Origin: Eledone cirrhosa
Lineage: Eukaryota
Assembly (NCBI GenBank): GCA_964016885.1
Contig: OZ024763.1
Location: 18,786,001-18,850,000, forward strand
Direction of reading: 5' to 3'
DNA length: 64,000 nt
Numbering within the stretch: position 1 is the stretch's first letter; each line of letters begins with the position of its first letter. The position numbers and the translations under genes are program-made. The notes beneath the pieces were generated by a model, which did no database searches, was not told the DNA's origin, and worked only from the letters and a program-made list of their open reading frames with translations. This document shows, piece after piece, positions 25,856 to 38,589 of the stretch.

Positions 25856-26980
25856 TAATATACTACAATACATTATATTTATAACTACCTTACCCAATTA
25901 CACCTCTCAAAGACAATGACACACGACCGTGACTTCTGGCGTCACGCAGTAATACAGAGTACCCGACCTCCCATGGGTACATGCTGAAGCATATAGACAA
26001 TATGCCCCCACTCCCCCCACCGCAAGGTGGTCGTGGAGGTGCCACGGCAAAAAAGCACCCAGCCCACACTGTAAAGTGGACGTGTAGGCGCCACGAAAAA
26101 GCACCCAGCACTCACTGTAAATGAGGTTGGTGTTAGGAAGGGCATCCAGCTGTAGAAATCAAGCCAGATCAGTTCCTGTATGAGCAAGGCATGGTCAGCC
26201 GACCAGACACTGCACACAACAGGACAACCCGTCTAACCCATGCTAACGTGGAAGAACGGACGTAAAACGGTGATGATGATGATGATGATGATTCATAATA
26301 TTAAAATATATGCAAAAAATATATCCACTCGAATATGTAAATACAGTGTATATTTCATTCACACATTATATTGTTGTAATTGCTTTAATGAATTAATAGT
26401 TTTTAATTTAATACAATACATTATAATTCTCATCTAAATATTATAAATACTTCCATTTTCATAAAATATATATTAAAAATTAAATAAATAAATAAGTATA
26501 ATTATAACATTCTTTCTAAACCCATGTATATATCTTTGGGTGTATATATGTATATTTCTATAAATAATTCTAAAACAACTCTACAATAATTTTTCAACTT
26601 ATAATAGCAAACCCTTAAAAAAAGTTTAAAAATAAGTATGTAAAATCTATCTAGCGTCTAAACTTAACAGCTTTTTTCAGTTTTAACGTTATCCTCATTA
26701 GCATATTTCCCTTGATTGTTTGACCTTTCCATTCACTATCTTCACTGGAATTATACCATTAAGTTGACATGAAGATATGTCACTATCTTAACACTAATTA
26801 TTATATTTTATCTGACGAAACTGTTTCATTTGAAGTAAATCATCAGGTCTTTCCTCATGATTTCCTTCGAATGAAACAGTTCTAGTCCTGTAGAAGCCAT
26901 TTCTATATTAAATATTTATACTCTCCTATGTATTGAGTACCTTACATACTGTGGTTACCCCCGATTGAACCCGGGGTACA

Positions 26981-27032
<52 letters not shown>

Positions 27033-27216
27033 ATGCTTCAAATTTGTTCAGGCACTTCTCTCTTTCTCTCTCTCTCACTCATTTTCTTCATTCTATCTTT
27101 CTTTCATTCCTATTATTCATTTCTTTCCTTTCTTTTTTTCTTTCCTTCCATCCATCCATCCATCCATCCTTCCTTCCTTCTAATTCTTTTTTTTTTCTCT
27201 CTTCATCAACTTTCAG

Positions 27217-27571
27217 AAATCTGAAGAAGATAAAGAAGATTAAACACAGCCGTAAAACTCATTCGGTGTCTCAGTTGGATCTCGTTCAACCGGTGAAAAG
27301 CCTCGAGGACATTGTGATCTCTGGAGAACTCTACCTCAAGAAGAAGTTGACGTGGAGTAAACGTTTCGTGGTGATCAGCTTGGGACGCCTCATGTGCTAC
27401 AAATCAGAGCAGGAACTTCGACCGTGTGTCGTAGTCAACCTCGCTGGCTACAAGGTGGACTTCATCGAGCGCGACAGTCGACACGGTTACGAGCTGAAGT
27501 TGGTGCACCCTAGTTCCGACACACTCCACTTCTCTGTCGATTATCGCGACTGGGCTCTCATATGGGCCGAG
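27217..27571 (+). CDS. PH-domain exon of AFAP1-like adaptor
   Basis: tttcag acceptor, gtaggt donor, phase 2 to 0. ISGELYLKKKLTWSKRFVVISLGRLMCYKSEQELRPCVVVNLAGYKVDFIERDSRHGYELKLVHPSSDTLHFSVDYRDWALIWAE has PH hallmarks and resembles AFAP1 PH1 as recalled (W.K..CVI...LLCYKS..P...L.G....KDS...ELKI). Confidence 0.9.
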
Positions 27572-27680
27572 GTAGGTTAACCCTTTTGTTTTATGTCCTG
27601 TAACTCGTTCTATGGTCCCGTAACTCCTGATAAAGTCGTGGGGGCGCCATTTTGACATACAGTGTTTCTTGGCCATTTTT

Positions 27681-28312
27681 CAGCCTGGCAGAGCCCATCC
27701 CTCTCCAGACCTGACCTGGCAGAGCCCATCCCCTCTCCAGACCTGACCTGGCAGAGCCCATCCTTCTCCAGGCCTGACCTGGCAGAGCCCATCCCCTCTC
27801 CAGGCCTGACCTGGCAGAGCCCATCCCCTCTCCAGACCTGACCTGGCAGAGCCCATCCCTCTCCAGGCCTGACCTGGCAGAGCCCACCCCTCTCCAGGCC
27901 TGACCTGGCAGAGCCCATCCCTCTCCAGGCCTGACCTGGCAGAGCCCATCCCCTCTCCAGGCCTGACCTGGCAGAGCCCATCCCTCTCCAGGCCTGACCT
28001 GGCAGAGCCTATCCCCTCTCCAGGCCTGACCTGGCAGAGCCTATCCCTCTCCAGACCTGACCTGGCAGAGCCCATCCCCTCTCCAGACCTGACCTGGCAG
28101 AGCCCACCCCTCTCCAGGCCTGACCTGGCAGAGCCCATCCCCTCTCCAGACCTGACCTGGCAGAGCCCATCCCCTCTCCAGACCTGACCTGGCAGAGCCC
28201 ATCCCTCTCCAGGCCTGACCTGGCAGAGCCCATCCCCTCTCCAGGCCTGACCTGGCAGAGCCCATCCCCTCTCCAGGCCTGACCTGGCAGAGCCCATCCC
28301 TCTGCAGACCTG
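27681..28312. repeat. 32/33-bp GC-rich minisatellite (~19 copies, CCTGACCTGGCAGAGCCCATCCCCTCTCCAGR)
   Basis: Direct periodicity; single-unit paralog near 56045-56073. Confidence 0.95.
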
Positions 28313-28394
28313 AGTACAGCAGATGTCTTCCAGAGACAGATAGAAAGTGAGAGAGAGGAAATGAGAAAAAGATATAGAGGAAGAATCAGCCTTA

Positions 28395-28547
28395 ATATTA
28401 GACTGGTACTTTTTTTTTATTGACCTCGAAAGGATGAAAGGCAAAGTTGACCTTGCAGGATTTGAACTCTGAGAGCAGAAAGCCAGAACAAATGCCATAA
28501 AGCATTTTGTCCGACATTCTAACGACTCTGTGCCAATTCACTGCCTT
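28395..28547 (-). mobile_element. Diverged family B-like SINE
   Basis: ACTGGTACT..GGATGAAAGGCAAAGTTGACC..GGATTTGAACTC; paralog at 56148-56306. Confidence 0.7.
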
Positions 28548-29100
28548 CAACCCTTTTGTTACCATATTTCTAATGAAAGAATTGCCTGGGACTTTTCAGT
28601 TACTTTGAATTATATATATAATATATATATATATATAATTCTCAGACCGGGTGATGTGTTGTTTCCTTGAGCAAGACACTTTATTAAAGTTTAAGCAAAG
28701 TATTGCTGCTTTCACCCTTAACGGGATCTTCTGAAACTCTATGGTTTTATATAATTATATATATATTTATCCCTATCGAGCCCTTTTCAGATTTTAGTTT
28801 TCACATTTATTATTATTACTATATATATATGTTACGTAATTAAAAAGAAAAGCAAAGGAAAAAAGAATGCTCTATGTATAGAACAGAGCTATTTAATTAG
28901 AGCTATTTAACAGATTCAAAATCTGTTAAAAACTTGCAATTTTTAACAGATTTGAAATCTCATTTCATATCTTTTATCTATAACATCTGTGTCTGACGAC
29001 TGATCCAGGCGTATATTATTATTGTCTGTGATCCAGAAACCTTTGGTAATGGAGTAGTTATATTTTGTGTTGTTCACTCTTTAATATATATATATATATA

Positions 29101-29468
29101 TAGGTGCATGGCTTAGTGGTTGGAGCATTGGGCTTGCAATCGAAAGGTTGTGCGTTCAATTCTCAGACCGAGTGATGTGTTGTTTCCTTGAGCAAGACAC
29201 TTTATTTCACATTGCTCCAGTTTACTCAGCTGTAGAAATGAGATGATAGGACTGGGGTCCCTATCATTCCACTGAAAAGTGGTCGTGGAGGTGCCACGGC
29301 AAAAAAAGCACCCATCCCACACTGTAAAGTGGACGTGTAGGCGCCACGGAAAAAAAAGCACCCAGCACTCACTGTAAATGAGGTTGGTGTTAGGAAGGGC
29401 ATCCAGCTGTAGAAATCAAGCCAGAATCAGTTCCTGTCCCACCAAGCGGACGTAAAATGAAATGATGA
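29101..29468 (+). mobile_element. SINE family A, full length with internal duplication
   Basis: TGGCTTAGTGG A box, GTTCAATTC B box, core and GGACGTAAAATGA tail. Confidence 0.85.
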
Positions 29469-29494
29469 TATATATATTTTTTTTTTTTTCACCC

Positions 29495-29601
29495 GCTCTG
29501 ATGAAAACGACTGGTTATAAAAAAGTATTGGAGATCGATTGGCACATAATCAGGCGTATAGCGAACTCTAGACCTGCCAGATCAAAGAAACAATTGTCAG
29601 C
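29495..29601 (+). ncRNA. Degenerate minimal hammerhead in a Penelope-like remnant
   Basis: GCU-CUGAUGA..long insert..GAAA-CAAUUG-UC-AGC. Palindromic stem III and GUC site, but stem II is not properly closed. Confidence 0.5.
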
Positions 29602-29672
29602 AATGTGAATAAAGCCCCTATTGTATAGCAAACCGTGTCACTCTTCTTTCTTGAATTATATATATATATATA

Positions 29673-30083
29673 TGGTGGCTGCCAACTCGTTTTCAAGTAC
29701 GGCCACTACTTTATATCCATGTAGGAGAACCCCTACCGATGCCCTGAACGAGTGTGACTTTTTAGTCCAGCCAGCGACTTGAAAACTCTGGTACAAACAC
29801 TACACTTGTGACAATTATTGACACATAGTGCTGGACCCATGGTACCATGTGACGACAAGTGCAGAGAGATCTCCAGATATAAAGCAATGCCTGGGCCGTG
29901 AAGCTTTTATAGTGAGCAAAGGCACTGCACAAAGCCAGTCCCACTCTCTTAACCAAGATGATATTTACCAAAAAGAAGAACAAGTCAACATCATTGGATA
30001 CCATCAGGGTTGCAGGTGTTATATCAGAGTTTTCCTTCTCCTAGAATTCTGCCTTGACAAAGGCTAAGGGGTCATCTCTCCCG
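29673..30083 (-). mobile_element. 5'-truncated copy of the 2650-3233 element
   Basis: Near-identical reverse complement, flanked by (TA)n. Confidence 0.8.
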
Positions 30084-30106
30084 GATATATATATATATAT
30101 ATATAT

Positions 30107-30329
30107 AACAAAGGAAATGTGGTAAGGAACCAGGTGGACCATAACGCACCAAAGTACTCAATACTTAGGGTAGTAGAGTGGGTAATAGGAACGAGTAGGA
30201 CCCCGACGGCTGAGCTCAAGCCGTTTCGACGGCTAATTCTGGACTAAATTTAATTCTGGACTAATTTTAGTCCAGAATTAGCCGTCGAAACGGCTTGAGC
30301 TCAGCCGTCGGGGTCCTACTCGTTCCTAT
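30107..30329 (-). mobile_element. (TA)n-inserted element with terminal fold-back and the 3' half of a hammerhead
   Basis: Inverted repeat 30185-30329; family members at 47745-47980 and 48538-48721. Confidence 0.7.
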
Positions 30330-30516
30330 ATATATATATATATACACACACACACATATACATGTATATGAGAGAGAGAGAGAGAGAGAGAGGGAGACAG
30401 TGATTGCTGGATGAATTCATAAAATATATTTTTCTTCTTCTTCTTCTTCATCTTTGTAAGACAGTCTTGATGGTGTTTCTTCCGCAATTGAAATGTTTGC
30501 TAATAAATACTTGCAG

Positions 30517-30615
30517 GGACTGAAGTGTGTGTCCGGTGGTAGACCAGTTCCCAATGCCCCACACCACCTCAACAGACCATTCAGTGGACATTCAGATTCT
30601 GGTATGGGTAGCAGA
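30517..30615 (+). CDS. Exon completing the PH C-terminal helix ([33 protein letters not shown])
   Basis: ttgcag acceptor in phase 0 gives ..WAE-GLKCVS. gtaagt donor at 30616; alternative gtatgg donor at 30602. Confidence 0.75.
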
Positions 30616-30689
30616 GTAAGTAACACACTTTCCTACAATTCCTTCTTTCAACTGTTTCTGTACCAGACATTCTCTCTCTTCTCCGCACT

Positions 30690-30726
30690 AATGTGTATAT
30701 GTGTATATATGTGTGTATATGGGTAC

Positions 30727-30765
<39 letters not shown>

Positions 30766-30875
30766 CATGTGTATATATGTACATTTGTATATATATATAT
30801 ATGTGTGTGTGTATATATGTACATTTGTATATATGTACGTGTGTATATATGTACGTGTGTATATGTGTACATGTG

Positions 30876-30906
<31 letters not shown>

Positions 30907-31130
30907 ATATATGTACATTTGTATATATATATATATATGTGTGTGTATATATGTACATTTGTATATATACATATATACGTGTGTATATATGTGTGTGTAT
31001 ATATGTACATTTGTATGTATATATATATACGTGTGTATATATGTGTGTGTATATATGTACATTTGTATGTATATATACGTGTGTATATATGTACGTGTAT
31101 ATTATGTACGTGTGTATATGTGTACATGTG

Positions 31131-31161
<31 letters not shown>

Positions 31162-31502
31162 ATATATGTACATTTGTATATATATATGTGTGTGTATATA
31201 TATGTACATTTGTATATATATATACGTGTGTATATATGTATGTGTGTATATATGTACGTGTGTATATGTGTACATGTGTATATATATATGTGCATGTGTA
31301 TATATGTACATATGTATATATATATATATATATACTTGTGTATATATGTATATGTGTATATATGTATTTGTGTATATATGTATATGTGTATATATGTATT
31401 TGTGTATATATGTACATGTGTATATATGTATTTGTGTATATATGTATTTGTGTATATATGTATTTGTGTATATATGTACATGTGTATATATGTACGTGTG
31501 TA

Positions 31503-31584
<82 letters not shown>

Positions 31585-31695
31585 TATATATACATGTGTA
31601 TATATGTACGTGTGTATATATATACACATGTATATATATATATACATGTGTATGTATATACATGTATATATATATACATATGTATATATGTACAT
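30690..31695. repeat. Compound TA/TG/TACA microsatellite
   Basis: Direct reading. Confidence 0.95.
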
Positions 31696-32399
31696 CATTT
31701 TGCTTTTAGAAAACCCTGTACAGCAACTGTAGCTGTGTAAAATATATGCAGCAGTCAACAGGTTAAAACTGGTATAATCCTGATCTATATATGTAGTTGC
31801 TAATTACTGTATTGTTTATCGTTGATAAACAGGTGTAAGCAGGTAAAAGCACTCTACATCAGTTGTATTTATCCAGCATTAGAATGGTGATCAAACATGA
31901 CAGAGTTTCCATGGAAATTTTTGCCTGAAGCATATCAACTCAATCACATAATTATGTCAACATCTGATGATGTCACATTAGTGTTAGTTGATGTCCTTAG
32001 TGTGTGTGTCTTTGTGTGTGTGTGTATGTGGTGATTAATTAACTCATCTGTGTGTCATTAGTTGTGCTGTGTTGCATTGATATTTGTATTGTTGTGTTGT
32101 TGGTGGCATATGTATGTACATACATACAGTATATATATATATATACATATATATATGTATATATATATGTATGTGTGTGTGTGTGTGTGTGTTTTATGTA
32201 GTCATCTTGTTACATATATATGTGTGTGTATGTGCATGTGCATACATGTGTATGTATGTTTGTGTGTGTATATATATATATATCATGTATGTGTATATAT
32301 ATATATATACACACACACCTATCTGTATGTATGTATATATATTGGTAATATTTATTGCTTTCTGTGATGTGTATTTCTGTCATAACATTGCCATCTTTA

Positions 32400-35300
32400 A
32401 AGCTTTTTGTCAGTGGTGTGTCACAACAGTGTCACCATTGTTACAGCAGTGTCACAACTGTGTAACTGTTGTGACACTATAGTTTAACCATTGTGTCATA
32501 ACATTGTTGTCTTCAAAGCTTTTTGTCAATGATGTCACAGTAGTGTCACAGCAGTGTCACTGTAGTGTAACCATTGTCAACTTTCTGCCACAACTGTGTC
32601 ACACCATGCCATGCTTCCAGATTTCATCAGTGTTTTTACATGCAATGCTATGTGTTTATTTTTCTACCATCATGTCTTTGTCACACACTGTTACATCACC
32701 CCTGTCACACTTTGTGTTACATAATCCCTGTCACACACTGTTTCATAACCCCCTGTCACACACTGTTACATAACCTCCTTGTCGCACACTGTGTCATATC
32801 ACCTCCCTGTCACTGTGTTACATTGCCTTCCTGTCACACATTGTGTCACATAACCTCCCTGTCATACACTGTCACATCACCTCCCTGTCACATACTGTGT
32901 TACATAACTTCCCTGTCACACACTGTGTCACATAACCTCCCTGTCACACATTGTGTTACACATAACCTCCAGACCACTCCATACCACATCCTTCCCTCAC
33001 TGTGACTCAGTATCATCAGTAGAATGTCACAACTGTATACACCATCCCACTCCCTGTCACTCCCTGTAATTTACTTTATGATTCTGTGTCACAATTTTCC
33101 ATGTAACAACTTTGTACTTCAGACTGTGCCACATCATCCCGTGTCACTCCAAACCACCCCACATCTCACCATGTTACACCACACCATTCCTTTGATGTCA
33201 CCATGTTACACCACACCATGTTACACCACACCATTCCTTTAATGTCACCATGTTACACCACCATGTTACTCCACACCATTCCTTTAATGTCACCATGTTA
33301 CACCACCATGTTACAAGACACCATGTTACTCCACACCATTCCTTTAATGTCACCATGTTACACCACACCATGTTACACCACACCATTCATTTAATGTCAC
33401 CATGTTACACCACCATGTTACTCCACACCATTCCTCTAATGTCACCATGTTGTACCACATCATTCCTTTAATGTCACAATGTTACACCACACCATGTTAC
33501 TCCACACCATTTCTTTGATGTCACCATGTTACACCACATCATTCCTTTAATGTCACAATGTTACACCACACCATGTTACTCCGCACCATTTCTTTGATGT
33601 CACCATGTTACACCACACCATGTTACTCCACACCATTCCTTCCGTATCAATCCATGTCACACCAAATCACACTATACCATTCCCTCTACTGTGTTACGGT
33701 GACACAAATTAACCCCTCCCCATCTCCCCACCACCATCTCACAACTGTGCCACTTACCTGACCCCACTCTATGTTACACCTGACCCCTGTGTATGTCACA
33801 CCAGGCCACGCCATACCATTTCGTCTACCATGCTACTGTGACACCAATTCCTTCTCCCCACCAGTACATGTCACAACTGTGCCACCATTACACCAATTCC
33901 TCTTCCTCTCCACCATCACCACCAGCGCCATGTCACAACTGTGCCACTGTGACACCAATCCCCCCACCACCACCACCATGTCACAACTGTGCCACTGTCA
34001 CACCAACACCTCCCCCCACTATGTCACAATTGTGCCACCGTGACACCAATCCCTCCCACACCACTACCACCACATGTCACAACTGTGCCACCGTGACACT
34101 AATCCCTCCACCATCACCACCATGTCACAACTGTGCCACTCACTCACCAGACCCCCGCTCTGTATTACATCAGACCTCTCCATATCATTTCCTCTACTGT
34201 GACACCAGTCCCTCCCCCACCATGTCACAACGGTCCCACTGTGACACCAATCCCTCCCCCCACTGTGTCACAACTGTACTACAGTGACCCCCACCACCAC
34301 CACCCACTATGTCACAACTGTGCCACCATGACACCAATTTCTTCTCCTCTCCACCACTACCACCACCACCATGTCACAACTGTGCCACCGTGACACCAAT
34401 GCCTCCACCATCACCACCATGTCACAACTGTGCCACCATGACACCAATCCCTCCCCCCACTATGTCACAACCGTACCACTGTGACCCCCACCCCCCACCC
34501 ACCATGTCACAACTGTGCCACCATGACACCAATCCCTCCCCCTTCCACTATGTCACAACTGTGCCACTGTGACCCCCTCACCCCCACCCACCATGTCACA
34601 ACTGTGCCACCATGACACCAATCCCTCCCCCTTCCACTATGTCACAACTGTGCCACTGTGACCCCCCACCCCCACTACTACCAGCACCACCATGTCACGA
34701 CTGTGCCACCATGACACCAATCCCTCCCCCTTCCACTATGTCACAACTGTGCCACTGTGATCCCCACCCCCACTACTACCAGCACCACCATGTCACGACT
34801 GTGCCACCATGACACCAATCCCTCCCCCTTCCACTATGTCACAACTGTGCCACTGTGACCCCCCACCCCCACTACTACCAGCACCACCATGTCACAACTG
34901 TGCCACCATGACACCAATCCCTCCCCCTTCCACTATGTCACAACTGTGCCACTGTGACCCCCCACCCCCACTACTACCAGCACCACCATGTCACAACTGT
35001 GCCACCATGACACCAATCCCTCCCCCTTCCACTATGTCACAACTGTGCCACTGTGACCCCCTCACCCCCACCCACCATGTCACAACTGTGCCACCATGAC
35101 ACCAATCCCTCCCCCTTCCACTATGTCACAACTGTGCCACTGTGACCCCCTCACCCCCACCCACCATGTCACAACTGTGCCACCATGACACCAATCCCTC
35201 CCCCTTCCACTATGTCACAACTGTGCCACTGTGACCCCCCCACCCCCACTACTACCAGCACCACCATGTCACAACTGTGCCACCATGACCCCAATCCCTT

Positions 35301-35570
35301 CCCCTTCCACTATGTCACAACTGTGCCACTGTGACCCCCCACCCCCACTACTACCAGCACCACCATGTCACAACTGTGCCACCATGACCCCAATCCCTCC
35401 CCCCACTATGTCACAACTGTACCACTGTGACCCTCCACCCCCACTACTACCAGCACCACCATGTCACAACTGTGCCACCGTGACACCAATGCCTCCACCA
35501 GCACCACCATGTCACAACTGTGCCACCATGACACCAATCCCTCCCCCGTCACAACTGTGCCACTCACATG
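32400..35570. repeat. Complex minisatellite field built on TGTCAC/GTGACA (ATGTCACAACTGTGCCAC core) with ~90-110-bp higher-order units
   Basis: Three sub-blocks (~32400-33150, 33170-33640, 33830-35570) share the TGT(C/T)AC motif. Confidence 0.85.
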
Positions 35571-35630
35571 TATATTACACCTTTTGTGTCATTCTTATTT
35601 CTCTTCTTTCTCTCCTTCTTCCTTTATCAG

Positions 35631-35666
35631 TGGTTAACTTGGGCCAATATGACTATGTTGCATCAG
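35631..35666 (+). CDS. Candidate 36-nt exon (VVNLGQYDYVAS in phase 1; WLTWANMTMLHQ in phase 0)
   Basis: Long pyrimidine tract plus ttatcag; CAG|gtaaaa donor; symmetric; YDYV motif in phase 1. Confidence 0.6.
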
Positions 35667-35786
35667 GTAAAACATATATAAATATACAAAAGAGCGTCAG
35701 GGTATATATATATACGGTATATATACAGTATATATATATATATGTATGTGTATGTGTATATATGTATGTATATATGTATTATACAG

Positions 35787-35824
<38 letters not shown>

Positions 35825-35915
35825 TGGAAAAAGGTGTGGACGTAAGAAAATGTGTCCAGATCACGTTATATAAGGAAAATGATAATAAAAAGTAGGTTTG
35901 AAAATCTCACCTGGT

Positions 35916-35950
<35 letters not shown>

Positions 35951-36478
35951 TTTACGTCCGCTTTTCCCTGCTTGCAAGGGTGGGACGGGAACCCATTCTG
36001 GCTTGATTTCTACAGCTGGATGCCCTTCCTAACACCAACCTCATTTACAGTGAGTGCTGGGTGCTTTTTTGCCGTGGCGCCTCCACGACCACTTTACAGT
36101 GGAATGATAGGGACCCCAGTCCCTATCATCTCATTTCTACAGCTGAGTAAACTGGAGCAATGTGAAATAAAGTGTCTTGCTCAAGGATACAACACATCAC
36201 CCGGTCTGAGAATTGAACTCACAACCTTTCGATTGCAAGGCCAATGCTCTAACCACTAAGCCATGTGCCTCCATGGTATATATATATATATATTATTGAA
36301 TTGGCAGTATCGGTAGAGGGTCGGACATGCTTTCCAGCGTAGTTACGTCCCTTTACGATCTGAGTTCAAATCCCGCCGAGGTTAACTTTGCCTTTCATCC
36401 TTACGGGGTCGATAAAATAAAGTACCAGTAATTATACTGGGTAATTGCTGGCCTTGTGCCAAAAAGTAGAAACAATTA
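35916..36478. mobile_element. SINE family A (-; 35916-36273) followed by SINE family B (+; 36300-36478)
   Basis: Match to both family sequences. Confidence 0.85.
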
Positions 36479-36552
36479 TAACATGTACAAAAATTGATGT
36501 TGTTTAGCAAAGCTCGCTTTATCCGTGTTGAATTATCAAAACATAACATTTG

Positions 36553-37320
36553 TTCTTTCTTCTTCTTCACCCACTTATTCCTGAGAGGGTCGTGGGGCCA
36601 GAGTCCTCAAACACAACTTCCACTGGGTCCTGTCAGAAACAACCGTCTCAAACTGATCCAGCTGGATCCCCAAGCGTGACCGGCCAAGCTCATGGATGTT
36701 ATCCAACCATCTCGCTCAGGGTCTACCCCTGGGTCTCCTGTCGGTTGGTTTTGCCCGTAAAATCTGTCCAGTGATTTTTTTGCTCAGACATTCTAACCAC
36801 GTGTCCTTAGTATCAGAGTTGTAATCTCTCAATTTGGAGAAGTAGTGGCTCTACATGCAGCGACTCTCTGAGCTACACACTTAACATTACTCCAAAGACC
36901 CTTCGGAGGAATCTCATTGAGTTCGCGATCATATTCTTTTGGTAATTACCCAAAATCCATACCAAATTGAAGACAGCGAGTTTGTCTTTTATGCCTACTT
37001 CACTTTTTCTGATTACTGAATGCTGAAGCTGGCACATTACTGCACCAGCTCCTGCAATTCTTGTACTTAATTAAGTTTCCTGCCTTCCATCACTAATGAA
37101 CTCGGCCCCGAGATACTTGAACTTCTCTGCCTGCTTCAGTAGAACTCCATTTACATGTAGAGGGCACTGCAACTGCACAGGCTTCCTTCAGAGGGCCTGT
37201 GTCTCAGTTTTTGCAGCAGCATTGATTTTCATTCCTGCTATGCAACACTCGGCATCAAACCTATCAAGTGCAAGTCAAAGATCATCGTCTGTTGAGTTAA
37301 GTAACACTATATCATCTGCA
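36553..37320 (-). mobile_element. Degraded RTE-type LINE 3' fragment with (GAA)n tail
   Basis: FADDIV and EKFKYLG remnants on the minus strand. 3' end shared with 41474-41610 and 59100-59250. Confidence 0.75.
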
Positions 37321-37765
37321 AATTCTTTTTTATTAGATTAAATTGTTTTTTCTCGTTAAAACTCCTACATGCTGATTCTCAACCTAAACCAATATGGTCA
37401 AGAATCAGCATCAATTTAACCTAATGACAAATATTATGTTTTGTTGTTTAGCAAAGCTTGTTTTCTCTGTGTTGGATTATCAAAACATAATTGTTTCTAC
37501 TTTTGGCACAAGGCCAGCAATTTCCCAGTGTATTACTGGTACTTTATTTTATCGACCCCGTAAGGATGAAAGGCAAAGTTAACCTCAAATCCCGCCGAGG
37601 TTAACTTTGCCTTTCATCCTTACGGGGTCGATAAAATAAAGTACCAGTAATACACTGGGAAATTGCTGGCCTTGTGCCAAAAGTAGAAACAATTATGTTT
37701 TGATAATCCAACACAGAGAAAACAAGCTTTGCTAAACAACATCAGTTTTTGTACATGTTATAACA

Positions 37766-37802
<37 letters not shown>

Positions 37803-37898
37803 AGGTGAGCTTTTCAAACCCTTTTTTATTATCATTTTCCTTATATAACGAGGTCTGTACAGAACATTGTCTAATGTCCACACGTTTTTTCACTACAC

Positions 37899-37989
<91 letters not shown>

Positions 37990-38005
37990 TGTATACATAC
38001 ACACC

Positions 38006-38055
<50 letters not shown>

Positions 38056-38262
38056 CAGCTATCCACAGACGTTTTTCTACATTTATTCATGCTTTCTTCA
38101 TTCTTTTTTTTTGTTTTCCTTTTCTTCTTTTCTTGGTTTCTTTTCATCTTCCTTTTGTGTGTGTATATATATGTATATATATATATACATATATACATGT
38201 ATATATACATATATATATATATCTATATATAATATAAATATATATATATATATATGTATGTA

Positions 38263-38293
<31 letters not shown>

Positions 38294-38407
38294 TGCTTTC
38301 TAATTGAGTTTGCTTGTTTGTTTTTCTATTATATTTTTTTTTGTTCTGTTTGACTATTTTTCTTGTTTGTTTCATTTTCTTACCCTCCCCCTCCCATCAA
38401 CACACAG

Positions 38408-38454
38408 GAACCCCCCTCTTGTCCCCCCACCCCCCACAAAGGAAACAAAACTAA
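38408..38454 (+). CDS. Candidate alternative terminal exon (GTPLLSPHPPQRKQN* in phase 1)
   Basis: Pyrimidine-rich tract ending acacag, no good donor, early stop. In phase 0 the frame stays open to ~38518. Confidence 0.35.
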
Positions 38455-38589
38455 GAAAACACTACTAACCCATGTTGCTGCTGTTGCTGCTGCTGTTGCT
38501 CTCTTGTTAACTAACTAATTTATTTCATTTTTATTAATTAATCATTTTCTCTGTATGTTTTTTTTTTACCTTATTTGGTATTTCATATA

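Noticed and set aside
22765-28312. CRISPR-like appearance of the 30-bp and 32/33-bp arrays
   Set aside because: No unique spacers, no cas genes, eukaryotic context.
30460-30516. Upstream acceptor extending the 30517 exon (SLDGVSSAIEMFANKYLQ)
   Set aside because: The available AGs give phase 1 or 2, incompatible with the phase-0 end of the PH exon.
31710-31761. Possible 52-nt exon ([17 protein letters not shown]) converting phase 0 to 1
   Set aside because: Weak donor (gttaaa) and no independent support; the frame can be explained without it.
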